A stretch of DNA of 60,176 nt from positions 75,877,664-75,937,839 of the forward strand of contig JARFYF010000112.1 in assembly GCA_030265395.1 (NCBI GenBank), given 5' to 3'. Shown piece after piece: positions 38,058 through 50,761 of this stretch (its first letter is position 1; each line of letters begins with the position of its first letter). The notes beneath the pieces are model-generated. The model saw nothing but the letters and a program-made list of their open reading frames with translations, had not been told where the DNA came from and searched no databases. This DNA comes from Rhina ancylostomus. Taxonomy: Eukaryota. The position numbers and the translations under genes are program-made.

Positions 38058-39299
38058 CAGTTAAGAACACAGCTATCATTTGGGAAAATAATCCTGTCTG
38101 TTTTTCTTAAAAGGTTTTGAGATCACATGTAATCTGTTGAGATCATCTTATTCAGTGTAAAACAAAACTGGAACCCAGCACCTGATGGTTCAATTACATC
38201 CTGCCTTTACCAACTAACACTGAGAGAAGATCTGTAATGAGAGATGTATAAGAATATTATTACAAGGCAACTTTTGTTGATTTGTGTGTCCTGAAAAGGA
38301 ATATCATAAAGTTGCTCAGTATATCTCAAGAATGTTTTGTGAATCAAGTCATTGAATATTTTGTATAAGACTTCATTTATCTTTTTGATTCTTTGTAAGC
38401 AGTGAAATATTCTTTTTGTAAATGTATTTAAAAGTATACTGTGTTTATTGAACCTGTGTGGCATTTTCTTCTGTTGTGGTAAGAAATCGTTAATCAAAAC
38501 TTATCTTGGGAAAGGTTGATAAGTTAGCAGTTCCTCATACTTTTTTGGGACCAGTTTCTCAACTCACCCTCCTAAATGTGCTTGCTTACCATTTTTTTTT
38601 AGAAAGGGTTCTAATGTCCAGTAGTAATGTGTATATTCTTCATGTATGTTTGAATAATGTTTAGTTCATTTAACAATAGGGAATATAAATGTTAAGCTCT
38701 TTATCATAAGCCAATATTAAAAGTGGCAGGCTGTAATGAATCAGCTTTTAAAAGCAAAACAGATCTTCACTTCTAGTAATGAGAAGTAGCAGATGAAAGC
38801 AAGGACACAATATTAAATCTTTTTTATAAAACTGCCACAATTTATGAAGAACATTAAGGGCTTTGAGAAGCTGCAGTAGGAATATGCAAGAATGATACCA
38901 GGATGAGAGGTTTTATTTATTCCGAAGACTGAAGCTGCTAGAAGTCTGAGAGCAGAAAGGAATAAACTGAGATTGGAACAGCCTTCAAAATCATGAAGTT
39001 TAGAGTAAATATGGAGAAACTGTTTGCATTTGTAGGAGGAATGGTAACCAAAGGGCACAACTTTAAGTCAAATGGCTGAAGAACCAGAGGTGACTTACAA
39101 TAATCTTTTCAGTAAGATAATGTGATCTGGGCTGAATTTCATGAAATAGTATGGAAACAGCTTTGTTGAACAACATTTAGAAAAGAATTGGATACATTTT
39201 TAAAGCATAACATTTAAAGCTGAGGAATGATCAGAGGTTTGGAACTAATTGGGTGGCTCGTTCAAAAAGCTGGCAATGGCTTGATCCTGTACCTCATAA

Positions 39300-40830
39300 T
39301 TATGAATGGTGACAGGACCCTGCATGCAAGTGCCAAATTAAAGGCTGAAACAGTTGCAACGATGTTCAGCTCAAAGGTCCAGGTGCATGTTCCATCTTCA
39401 TTTAATCCCCACTACCACAGAAGCCAGTTTTCAACTAATTTACTTGACTCCATGTGATAAGAAAAGGCTGAGAACAGTGACTACAGCAAAGACCATGAGA
39501 TCTGACAACACCCCATCTATAGAACTGAAGATCAGAGGCCAAAACTAGCTAAGTTGTTTCACTACAGCTGCAATACAGTATCACACAACAATGTAGAACA
39601 TTGTCCAGGTTTTACTGGTCATTAAACACAGGACAAATCCAGCCTGTTACCTTCCACTTAGCCTATCAATAAGGTTGATGGAGAATCTCGTTGGAAGTGT
39701 CATCTAGCGGCACTTATGTTCAGTTTGGATTTTGCCAGGACCACTGGCTTTGTCACAGCATTAATTTAAACATAGACCAAAGAGATGAGTTCTGGAGATG
39801 AGATGGGAATGACTGTCCCTGGCATCAAGAAGTGCTTGTAAAGCTGAAGTCAATAGGCATCAAGAGGAAAACAACTCCAACAGTATCGCACCGTGCAAAA
39901 AGAAAGATAGTTGTGGTTGATGCAAGTCAATCGTTCCCACCCCAGGACAATGATGTAGGAATGCCTTTGGCCCAACCATCTTCAGCTGCTTCATAAATAA
40001 CCTTGATTCCATGATAAATGCAAAAGTGGTGATAATTAGCTGATGATTTTACCTTGTTCAATTCCATTATCAATTCCTCAAGAAATTGAGTGGTTCATGT
40101 ATTCATGCAATAAGATCTAGGCAACATTCAGCCATAGACTGATTAGTGGCAAATAACATTCATGCTACAAGAAGTGCCAAATAATGATCATCTTATATGA
40201 GAGAGTACAGGCAACTCCTGCATTAGGGAAAACTCACGGAATTTAGTGAAAATAAAAATTTTTGCAGCTTGCATTTTTTGATGCCTGTGCAGATGACACA
40301 GCCTTGAGTTATGGAAGATCGTGATACAGACCATTTTCTGGGAATGTAACCACACCCCTCTCTCCTCAGTAATGTGGGGGTGGCATATATAACTACCATT
40401 GCCAAATCCTCTACCATCATCCTGGGGATCACCATTGACCAGAAATTCATCTGGACCAGCCACATAAGTACTGTAGCTACAAAAGCAGGTCAAAGGTTGA
40501 ATATTCTACAAATGATTCATCCCCATGACACCCCAATGTCTTTTTACCACCCATAAGACAAGTCAAGGGAGCAGTTCAAGGAATACACAAGAAACTCCAC
40601 ACAAATCCCAATGCCAAACCCATTCAGGCATCACCACACCATTAGGGCACCATGACAGTTCCTTCATTGTCACCGAGTCTAAATCCTGTAACTTCCTACC
40701 CAACACTGTGGCAGTACCTTCAACAGAAGGACTACAGCATTTCAAGAAGGTGGCTCACCCATCACCTTCACAAGGACAGTTAAGGACGGACAATTACAGT
40801 TATCTTTGCCAGCAGTGCCCACTCCCACAA
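39300..40830 (+). mobile_element. Old CR1/L2-group LINE RT fragment, heavily decayed
   Basis: cagtttggattttgccaggaccac, ggcccaaccatcttcagctgcttcataaataacctt (GP.IFSCFIN.L), gctgatgat, ILGITIDQK..WTSHI remnants. Confidence 0.6.
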
Positions 40831-41259
40831 TCAGTCTTGTTGCAACAAAGTAACTCATAACTTCAAAGCAAGGCAAGGCTTGAATCTTAACGTTGCACTG
40901 GGTGGTTTTGATTCGAACAAAATGACTCTTGAGAAGAGGTTTGAACTAGAAGTGCTCAAGTACCATCACTTGATGAAAGGAAAAAGCTTTTGAAGTATCA
41001 CTGTTATTAGGTTATTTTCATGACAGTAGAAAAACATCCATCAGGAGACCTTAATTGTAGATACAGTAGTTGCAAAGGGCTTTAATACATCAGTTTTAAT
41101 TATATACTTATGAATTAATCAGACTTCATTTAATAGGAAGAGTTACCAGTGTAAAAAGTAGACCAGGACCTCCATGTCATTATCTGAGATTACTTTCTCC
41201 TTTTCCAGGATATATTCCTGTCCTTACTGACAAAAGAATCAGAAATTTCCAGTGCAGAA

Positions 41260-41895
41260 GGATCAGAATCAAGTTTATTATCACTGACATACGTCATGAA
41301 ATTTGTCATTTTGTGGCAGCAGTACAGTGCAAGACATAAAGACATTAAAAATTACTATAAGTTACAAAAATAAATAAATAGTACAAAAGAGGAATAACGA
41401 GGTAGTGTTCATGGGTTCATTGGCTGTTCAGAAATCTGATGGCGAAAGGGAAGAAGCTGTTCCTGAATCATTGAGTGTGGGTCTTCACGCTCCTGTACCA
41501 CCTCCCTGATGGTATTAATGTGAAGAGAACATGTCCTGAGTGGTAAGGGTCCTTAATGATGGATGCCGCTTTCTTGGGGCACCGCTTCTTGAAGATGTCT
41601 TCTGGCGGGGAGGGTTGTGCCCGTGATGGAGCTGGCTGAGTCTACAACCCTCTGCAGCCTCTTTCAATCCTGCACATTGGAGCCTCCATACCAGGCTGTG
41701 ATGCATCCAGTCAGAATGCTCTCCACCGTACTTCAATGGAAATTTGCACGAGTCTTTGGTAACATACCAAATCTCCTGAAACCCTGAATAAAGTAGAACT
41801 GCTGGTGTGTCCTCTTCGTGATTACATCAATATGTTGGGCCCAGGATAGATCCTGAGATGCTGACGCTCAGGAACTCGAAGCGGTTCACCCTGTC
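41260..41895 (-). mobile_element. Rex1/Babar-like LINE 3' fragment
   Basis: atcagaatcaagtttattatcactgac tail; minus-strand TVESILTGCITAWYG motif. Confidence 0.75.
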
Positions 41896-42447
41896 CTCCT
41901 CACAACTCCTGCTCCTGGCAGCAACTTGTGTCAGAACACCTCTTAGCCTGACAGCAAGGGGAATCTTAGCCTGTCCTCAAGTGACATATTTGAAAATTTT
42001 GTATAGTGGTTGTCTACTGGTTAGTGATTTTACACTCGGAAATGCAAGATCTAGGTTATAATAAGTTTTCTGCTCTCAGCAAGATGGCTTTAATTCTGCA
42101 TTTTTATTATAATATTTTTCTGATTTCCTATGTGCTTGCTGAAAGTTCAGTTTCTTCTTGGTGTATAGTGTCTCTGTCAAACTTGAACCGCAAAGACTCA
42201 GCATGCCTTCATTGGCCACACGCATGGGAGTTACCACAAACACTTGGGTGAAACTGATGAATTTTGCCCTCCCTTTAAGTGCTCAAAGACCAAATGACAT
42301 CAATTGACCCAGCACAGAACTGATGCAAGTTATTTTGGATATATATTTAAATAAGAACATTAGTTATTTTATGATGCACATATTACCTCTCAAAGTACAC
42401 AATATAGCCAGGTTCTCTACGAAAATGAATTCCTTAAAATTACTCAC

Positions 42448-42554
42448 AGTGTCAAGAACAAATACAGAAGCCTTCCTTTGAGAAGGTACAAACAGTCCAA
42501 AGAGAGCCTTACTCCCCTGAGCATTGTGATACAAATAAATGTGTCGAACACTAC
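42448..42554 (-). pseudogene. POLE: POLE-derived exon (107 nt; like human exon 35) (G)[35 protein letters not shown]; orphan fragment, functional status unknown
   Basis: Matches recalled [40 protein letters not shown]; ttttgcag acceptor, ACT|gtgagt donor; phase-compatible with the 154-nt exon. Confidence 0.85.
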
Positions 42555-42769
42555 CTGCAAAAATAAGGAATGAGTTATTGCACATGCAATCATCAGTGAA
42601 TTTAGCCATAAGTGAAGTTCAATTCCAAAATTACTGTATCAATGGGTAGGAAATACTTGTTGTCTGGGGACCAGTATAATCATAGCTCTGCTTTTGAATG
42701 ACCCACTTGCAAATTGTTTTTTGTGCTAGGGTAAAGAGCATGGCAATGGGGCAAGAACTAAAAGATAGG

Positions 42770-43530
42770 TACAAATTAGAATTGCAGTATTATCTGAAAT
42801 TGTTGAACTCTGTATGGAGTTCAGAAGATTGTAGCATGCCAGGCTGAAAGATGAGATACTGTTTCTTAAATTTACATTGCATTTCATTAGAACAATTCTG
42901 TGGCGACAATGAAGGCATCACAGTGGGATCTATTAATAAGTGACAGGAAATTCAGGGTTACATCTTCAGACTGAATAGGGAAACTTTGCAAAGCAGTTAG
43001 CTAATCTGCATTTAATCTTTCCAGTGTAAGAGAAACTCTATTGAGATCAGAAAATATATACCAAGCTGATGGTAAATCAAGTCAAATGCTACTCTCCAGG
43101 AAAGAGTACCTAGGGACTAAGAGTAAGAAAGTACGAGGTAGAAAAGGGCATTTGTTGCAGTACCTATAATTGCATGAAAAAAAGTCAGATGGAGAGGGAA
43201 TGTTGGTGATGATGGAACCAAGGTGTTACAGACCAGTTCCTTCAGAATACCTTGAAGGATGGTAAGGAGAAGGCATGTTTGGCACAGGTATTGCACTGGA
43301 GGTGCCAAGATTAACTGTTGGATCTTGAGACCAGTAAAGATAAAGGCAACCTATCATAGTTCTGTGAGAAAAGGAAGAAGATTCAGAAAGTAGAACGGAT
43401 ATAGTTGAGGTCCTGTATCATGAAGAGTCCTTGGTTAAGGAGGAGACATCGGAAATAATCAGCAAGGAAAGAGGGTTCATCAAAACTGATGCAGTCAAAA
43501 CTGAGAAAAAATGCGAAAAATAAATCTTTA
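42770..43530 (-). mobile_element. Decayed Penelope-like fragment inside the POLE-derived intron
   Basis: ctgaaattgttgaactc...ttcagaagattgtagcatgcc...aagatgagatactgtttc resembles 25395-25450 and 28200-28230. Confidence 0.5.
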
Positions 43531-44972
43531 TAAAATGTAGGGTAATCAAGGTATCTGTGAGAATCAGCAAATTTATAGAGCATGTATACTGCTAGGCAAC
43601 ATGCTCTGCTGATATTGCTGGTGAACCAAATAGTTCACCAACCAGATGGCAATAAAGTTCTACAAATTTGCTTGGCTACTTCTGACAAAGCGTTCAGTTA
43701 CAGAAACAAATTAGAGCTCTTCAACTGAAAATGGAGAGCTTGTTTCCTGCTATTTAAATACCTTTTAAAGCAGAGAAATTTAATTTTGGATCTTCCCTAC
43801 TATCACATGATGGATCTTTAAAGATGCACTGTTATTTGTCAGTGCATTATTACTACTTAAGTACATAATTGAAGAGTAGATATCTTCAGAAGCTGTATTT
43901 GGGCAATGCATTAGCTTAAACTCTCATCAAAAGATACAGTAATTTTTTTTTACGAAACTAAATTAGTCAGTACAGTTCTGAAATCTCTGGCTGTGGAATT
44001 CAATTCATCATGTCTTATTAAATTTAAATTTCCCCAAGGTGTTACCCAAATAAAATTTCCTGCAACAGTAATATGGGTCACTCCATCAATTCCAATGCAG
44101 AAGCACTTCTTAAAAGCATTAAGGAAGGTAGAGACCATTCTAAATATTGGCAGAATGAAGGGTTGGTGGTGGCAGGGCAGAGTGAAAGGAAAAGATCAGA
44201 CCTGGAGAAGGCAATTATCTTGGACAATTGAATTCATTGACTGCTGTTATATTTTTATCTATTATTAAGCTTTTTTATTGAGCCACTCAACTAATTAAAA
44301 GGGGAAATATAATAGAACAGTATAAATTGCTCAAATATTACAAATGAACTATATTATAAGCGAACCATTCTTATTAACAGAACAAATGTAACTTTCCCCA
44401 GTTGTCCAGAATTAACCTAATCATTTGATTTAACATATCGCAATGTTCCACAAAGAACATATTTGCAAGTTTATAGTGTACAATTACTTGAACTCATTTT
44501 CAAAAGCTGAAATGAATAATCAAATCACTCATTTTTAAGATGATAACACATTCCAAAAAGATTAAAGCAATATTTGCCCAAAATGTGTGGGTAAAATTGG
44601 AAACACTGAGGAAAATAAATTAGGGTAAAAATCTATTCCAAGTGCTGCAATTTAAAGGCAGAAATGGCTTTCAATTTTGACTCCTGAACAACAGTTACTT
44701 TAAAGCTCAAAGTACCTATGAAGAAACCGTGATTCCATTTACATTTACCAGTTCTGGAAGTTACAGGAGGTTATCATCAAACATAATCTCAAATGTTTCC
44801 AACTCCCTGCACAAGCGACAGTGCTGTAATGGATTTGTAACATTGATTACTGAAAATGTGCTGGAGTTACAAGAGTTGCTCGGTATCGCTTTCTCTTCCT
44901 TTTCAGTAAGCAAATACAAAAATCTTAATGGCATTCTTGTAAGATATTTCAAAATCAGACAGTAGATATTAC

Positions 44973-45126
44973 CTGGTTCCAAGTAATTAAACTGCGCTAA
45001 TGAACACATTTCCAGATACTCCAACTCAAAGGTATCCGTTTCTCGTCCAGCAAGATGGAATGATAATTGCTTATTGACCACACAAACACACCCAAGCTGG
45101 ACGAGAGCACGAAAGAGAAGAGGAAC
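44973..45126 (-). pseudogene. POLE: POLE-derived exon (154 nt; like human exon 34) [51 protein letters not shown](G); orphan fragment, functional status unknown
   Basis: Translation closely matches recalled vertebrate POLE ([21 protein letters not shown]...LEMRSLAQFSYLEPG); tcctag acceptor, CAG|gtaata donor; no stop or frameshift. Confidence 0.85.
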
Positions 45127-46379
45127 CTAGGATTAAAAAGGGAAAAAGCCTTCTAACATAGCAGTATTAACTTTTCCAAAGCCATAAGTGACTTGATGTC
45201 AATGTAATTATAATAATCAACAAGAAATTAAATAAACACTTGAAAAACTTTAAAGACTATGGGAAGTGGGATTTAAATAAATAGGGAAGCAGTGGAGGTA
45301 ATTCTGGGATTCTACATGCTGGCTAGCTCCCTATGGTGCAGAATAGTGTGATAATTGTAATATGTATTCACATATGCTGAGTTCTGCCCTATTGCAGCAG
45401 TTAATCTATTTTCTTTTAGAGTTTTAAACAGAAAGCTCCAATATTAATTTCCTTAGTGGATCATTATGATCAAGGTCAACTCGAGGCACTGTTGAACCAA
45501 CAAAGAATAATTCCTCTGAATTTGTAAATATTGAATTAGATACAAACTTGAAGTAATTTATTGCTGAGTTACACAATTGTACTGCATCATGTCCTTCAGG
45601 AGATGTACAAGAATGAAAGCCTTGCTCCCTTTATACCTCGGACAAAAAAGGCTAAGTATTTGAATAGAATGGATTTTGATTGAAATAGCAGGTGTGAATC
45701 AAATGAAAGATGAAGCAAGTGACATACCAACACACAAGTTAGGAACAGGAGGCAGTCATTCAGCACTTCGAGCCTGCTCCACCACTTAATAAGATCTTAG
45801 CTCATCTGACTGTAACTTCAACTCGGCAAATCCATCTTTCCTCTGTAATATTTGACCCTTTTGCTCATCACGTAGCTATCTAACTCCGCCTTAAAAATCC
45901 TCAGACTGTCTCCTCCATCTGGAGGATGAGTTCCGAAGATTCATTGGTAGTTGAAAGATAAACATTCACTTCATCTATCTTAAATGGTTACCCCTCATTT
46001 TTAAAAGTACTGACCTCCAGTTCTGCATTTTCCCACAAGGAAAAATTCTCTCAACATTCACCATGTCAAGACTCCTTAGGATCTAATGTGTTTCAATTTA
46101 GATTCCTCTTGTTCTAAAATGCATAAATACAAACTGAGCATGTCCCACTTTTCCTCACAGGTTAACCTGCTCTATCCATGTATTTATCGAGTAAAATGTG
46201 TGGCACATTGGTGCTGCAGATAACTTTGTGGCCTCACAGCTCCAAGGACTTGGATTTGATCCTCCCCTCAACTGATGCCNNNNNNNNNNNNNNNNNNNNN
46301 NNNNNNNNNNNNNNNNNNNNNNNNNNNNNNNNNNNNNNNNNNNNNNNNNNNNNNNNNNNNNNNNNNNNNNNNNNNNNNN

Positions 46380-46785
46380 ATGCAACCAGTCAGAATGCTC
46401 TCCACTGTACATCTGCAGAAATTTGCAAGAGTCTTTGGTGACATACCAAATCTCCTCAAACACCTAACGAAGTAGAGCTGCTGGTGTGTCTTCTTCATGA
46501 TTGCATCAATGTGTTGGGCCCAACATAGATCCTGAGATGTTGATGCCCAGGAACTTGAAGCTGCTCACCCTTTCCATCGCTGGCCCCACAGTGAAGACTT
46601 CCCCTTCCTGAAGTCCACAATCTTGCTGACATTGAGTGTGACGTTGTTGTTGCGACACCACTCAACCAACTGATCTATCTTACTCCTGTACGCCTCCTCA
46701 TCACATCTGAGATCCTGCCAATAACAGTGGTATCATTGGTGAATTTATAGGTGGCATTTAGCTATGCCTAGCCGCACAATCATGA
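46380..46785 (-). mobile_element. Rex1/Babar-like LINE RT fragment
   Basis: KKTHQQLYFVRCLRRFGMSPKTLANFCRCTVESILTGC. Confidence 0.8.
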
Positions 46786-47689
46786 AGGATGCCATTTGGC
46801 TCATAGTATTTGTGCCTTCATTTCACCTATAAAAGATGCAGTTAGTGGCACTAAATTGTGCATATTCCACAGGCCATGATTCAAATCTTTACTCTTCATC
46901 CAGAAATGTCTGTCTGTTGCTCATGGAGTATTTGGCTGTGAAAACAAAAAAAAAGATTACTGGCTTAATGCTGGAATTCTGTGAGAGTTCATAAGAACAC
47001 GTGCAGATTTCTGGAGGTAAGAACGTAAATCCCAATTCAATTGATACTTTGATCTTGCAGCCTGTAATTCACACTGCCACATTAGCTCAAATATGTGTAA
47101 AATAGCAGTGGATAACCATGGAAAGATAAAATTGACAATTGGTTCATCGGATTAGGGGTCTGAAACAAGTAACACTGATTATTGTCTGAGCCTCAGCAAC
47201 TTGTACAAACATACCCATGTCACTCATCTGTGGCCCATTGTTGGCAGTCCAAGCAGCTGACTCTTTTTCCTTACAGTGAGACAGCTGGAGAGCTGAGTTG
47301 AAATGAAACGACAGGCAGAATGCCCATGTCACATTATTTATTTGCACTATTTGTTTTTGTAACTTACAGTAATTTTTATGTCTTGCCCTGTACTGCTGCT
47401 GCAAAACAACAAATTTCACATCAAATGTCAGTGATAATAAACCTAATTCTAATTCTGATGTCATTTTATTTTGGAGCAAAGTACTTAAATTTTCTTGAAC
47501 TCACCATGTAAAATTTCATTATGCAGCTGATCCTGAAAGAAAAACTGGGAAGAGGAAGCACAATCACAAAGTCAATGAACCTGAACAATCTGTATTGAAA
47601 TTAAACTACTTAAAAAGATCTTGCATAATAAACTTGGTTAAAGGCTGATTATGGAGTCTAGGCTTGGTGCTGCTAGAATGGCTGCTCCT

Positions 47690-47930
47690 GAATAAGATCT
47701 GAGGGCTAAGTTTTCCACAGAGGGTGGTGAATATCTGGAACGAGCTACCAGGGAAGGGGGTGGAGGCAGATACAATGTTTAAAGGGGATGTGGACAGATA
47801 CTTGGATAGAAAAGGCATAGAAGAATACGTGCGTAATGTGGGCACATGGTGTTAGCTACAGAGGCATCATAGTTGGCATGGACAAGGTGGGCCGAAAGGG
47901 TCTGTCATTTCTATGCTCTGTGATTCCATG
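47690..47930 (+). mobile_element. CR1-type LINE 3' end
   Basis: ttccacagagggtggtgaatatctggaacgagctacca...ggcatggacaaggtgggccgaaaggg. Confidence 0.75.
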
Positions 47931-48899
47931 AATTCTCCTTCATTGGCTTTCCCCTGGATGGGGTGTAGATCTCACATGAAAGCATCAGACAACCCTGTCC
48001 TAAGGATATCACTATGCTGACCGCAGTCCAAGTCAGCCTCAACTGCCATCTATCCCAAAGTCAGCTTCAGCTCCATGGTAAACCATAACTGATGTTGCAC
48101 AGATTCTTATGTGATTGACTGAAGCGTCTACCTAGGCAACATATCCAAATGTCTCCTGTCTGACCCGGAATTGGCCCTAAAAATTAACACGTTTTGACAG
48201 TCGAGGACAGTGCCCTGTAAATTACTTCATTTTCATAATACAGAACTGCCAGGTTTATGGATCAAAATTGTTAACAGCAGCAACTTCTAAAGGCTACTGC
48301 TTGCTCTTAAAGCTTTACAATCAATGGAATAAAAATGACGCAGTAGTGTAGCAATCAAGTTTCTGGAGATGCTACTCAAGTGGTCCTCTAGCAAAGAACG
48401 ACCCCTTGAAAGAGAAGGCCAAAAACGTTTTTGTATTTGCTAGCATTGTATGGATAGAGATGTGCAGAATGTATTACAGGACATTCTAAATAACCCAAAC
48501 CTGAAGCACAAATCCCATTAATGTTGCTATGGATTTGTTATTTCCTAACAGTCAAATGAAAAATATCCCAATTATGGAACTGGTCTCAAGTTCGTGAAAT
48601 TAGATGATGTAGCATTATGTTAGTAATATTTTGTCAAACTTTGTTAATGTTTCTTGTTGTTAACATGGTACATCACAACAGCACAGAGCTTTGCCATCTT
48701 CTGATCATTGTAAACATACAGACATGTTGATTCTCTTCCATTTTGTTGCAACATTTCAAATGGTCAACCCAGATTATCACAATCCTTTGTAGGAATGGGG
48801 AAAATATGGGGAAATGAGTTGAAAGAAATGTGGATTAACATGCATGATTGTTCAGATTGTTACTGTGCTGCTATTCAGACTAGGTGGCTAATATTCCCT

Positions 48900-49450
48900 A
48901 CTTTCCTTGTTAAAATAGATTATCTGGTCACCATCACATTGTTTTTTTGTGGGAATTTGCTGTGGATAAATTGTAATGCAAAAAAATATGGCAGCCAATA
49001 GTCTTTACACTTCAGAAATTCTTTTGCTGACATGTCCTGAGAGAGCTGTGGAAGGTGCTTCTTGAATACAAGTCTTCCTGACTTCATAGACCTGAACACC
49101 AAATCTAGGATGACACTTCAGTATTCTGCAAGTGAAGATCTAATTAAGGTGTTGTCTTTTGATGAGATATTGAACAAAGGCGCAGTTTGATCCTTCAGCT
49201 GGATGTGAAATAAACTATAGCTCTATCCTGAACAAGAACTGCAGAGTTAATCGCAGCGCCTCAGTCAATATTTAACCTTCAACAAACAACTAAACAGAAC
49301 ATATTATTTAGTCATTATCACATTGCTGTTTGTTGGTACTTACTGTGTCGAAATTAGCTGCCAAGCTTCCCATGGCAACCAGTTAAAAAGTACCTAATTT
49401 TGAAATGTGCTGTGGCCATGAAGGGTGTTATGTGCTCATAAATTCTTTTC
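48900..49450 (+). mobile_element. Two adjacent decayed Deu-domain SINE (SacSINE1/AmnSINE1-like) copies
   Basis: gtcttttgatgagatattgaacaaagg... and the repeated tail gattatctggtcaccatcacattg...tgtgggaatttgctgtg / tatttagtcattatcacattgctgtttgttgg. Confidence 0.55.
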
Positions 49451-50494
49451 TCCCCCCAGGATCTGAAAATAAAGAGATGTAGGCTTAGAAATATCATGTC
49501 TAAATGTAATGGGCTCGCCTATAAGTTGTGCAGACACTAAGAATGGATCTAGTGCACCTTTAAATAATTATCTAGGAGGTCAAATACCAGATCAAAAATA
49601 ATCAGGCATTGCAGCAGCAAGTTTACCTTTAACAACAGGAAAACATTTGAATGAAGCAGACTTCCCAATCACTGCTCAGTCTGTTGAATCCTTGATTTGG
49701 TTCTGCTTTTGAGTTAAAAATAACTGTGCCCAATCAATATTAATTTTGGTTGCCAAACTAAAATATACACAAGGGCTCAGGCATTCTTGGTAATCAATAC
49801 TACCACTGCATAACTAGGTCATGGATTCAGGACAAGTTTTGAAATTCTGATATTTTACTACAATTCGATGTTGTTAAGTGGACAGTCATGAAGTTTAAAT
49901 TAAGATATTACCCTTGCTCTCATTATGTTCAAATTCATGCTAGAGCTATAGTGTGGAATTCATCTGAAGCAGATAGCTGGCATCTGGTAGCATCAGTTTT
50001 TATCTGGGAATTTCACTAAAGCCCAGCAGTGAGTTCTACATATGTGAGAAAGTCACTAATTACTAAAAATACTATTACAAATTATCCAGGAACTACAACT
50101 GAACACATTTTAAACATGACCTGTTACCACACCAATGTTACATGCAATGTTTTATCAAGCTGAAGGAGTCTGATAAGGCATTTCCCAGGAATCTTCATAC
50201 TTCTACATTGCACAGTTAGGTTGGGTCCTGACAATCCAATTACACCATTACAGTTGTATCACCATCCAGAAGTGGACAATTTATTTTATTTCAGAAAGTA
50301 ATGCCAACTTTCTGCTTGTAATTTACTTAACATATTTTAATGGCAACATTTGTAGTTATATTTGAATATTCCTTATTTCAATTAACCCTCTCATATGCCC
50401 CTCTCCTGCTTTCAATCAAGTAGACAGGCACACACATATTGTCACCTATCTATATTTACTCACACTGGTAGGTCTGACCAAGTAAGGAAGGACA

Positions 50495-50510
50495 AGGCTA
50501 AATTTAGCCT
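50495..50510. promoter_or_regulatory. MEF2 consensus site within a perfect 16-bp palindrome upstream of ASB12
   Basis: aggctaaatttagcct; core CTAAATTTAG (50498-50507) fits YTA(A/T)4TAR. Confidence 0.5.
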
Positions 50511-50761
50511 CCCCTGTAGATCTACACTCTGAAACATTTGCTGTGGTATTTGTGTAGGTTACTTGCCACAGCCACTAGCTGCTTGGATCAACTTAACAAT
50601 TTTGGTCACAGAAGTATATTTTGGAAGACCTTCTTGTACATTACCTGATCACTGGAGAATCAATAGGGCATTTTGGCACCAAACTCCTTTGTTTCCTTAC
50701 ATCAGTGACTATCTTAACACAGAGGAAAATTTAAGGAGCGACGGGAAAGAACTATGTCTGG

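Noticed and set aside
41190-41260. Strong acceptor-like tract tttctccttttccag on the + strand
   Set aside because: No recognisable peptide in any frame and it runs into a LINE tail; an exon cannot be supported.
44761-44972. Open frame continuing past the POLE-like exon donor
   Set aside because: POLE similarity stops exactly at the GT donor; the remainder reads as ordinary intron.
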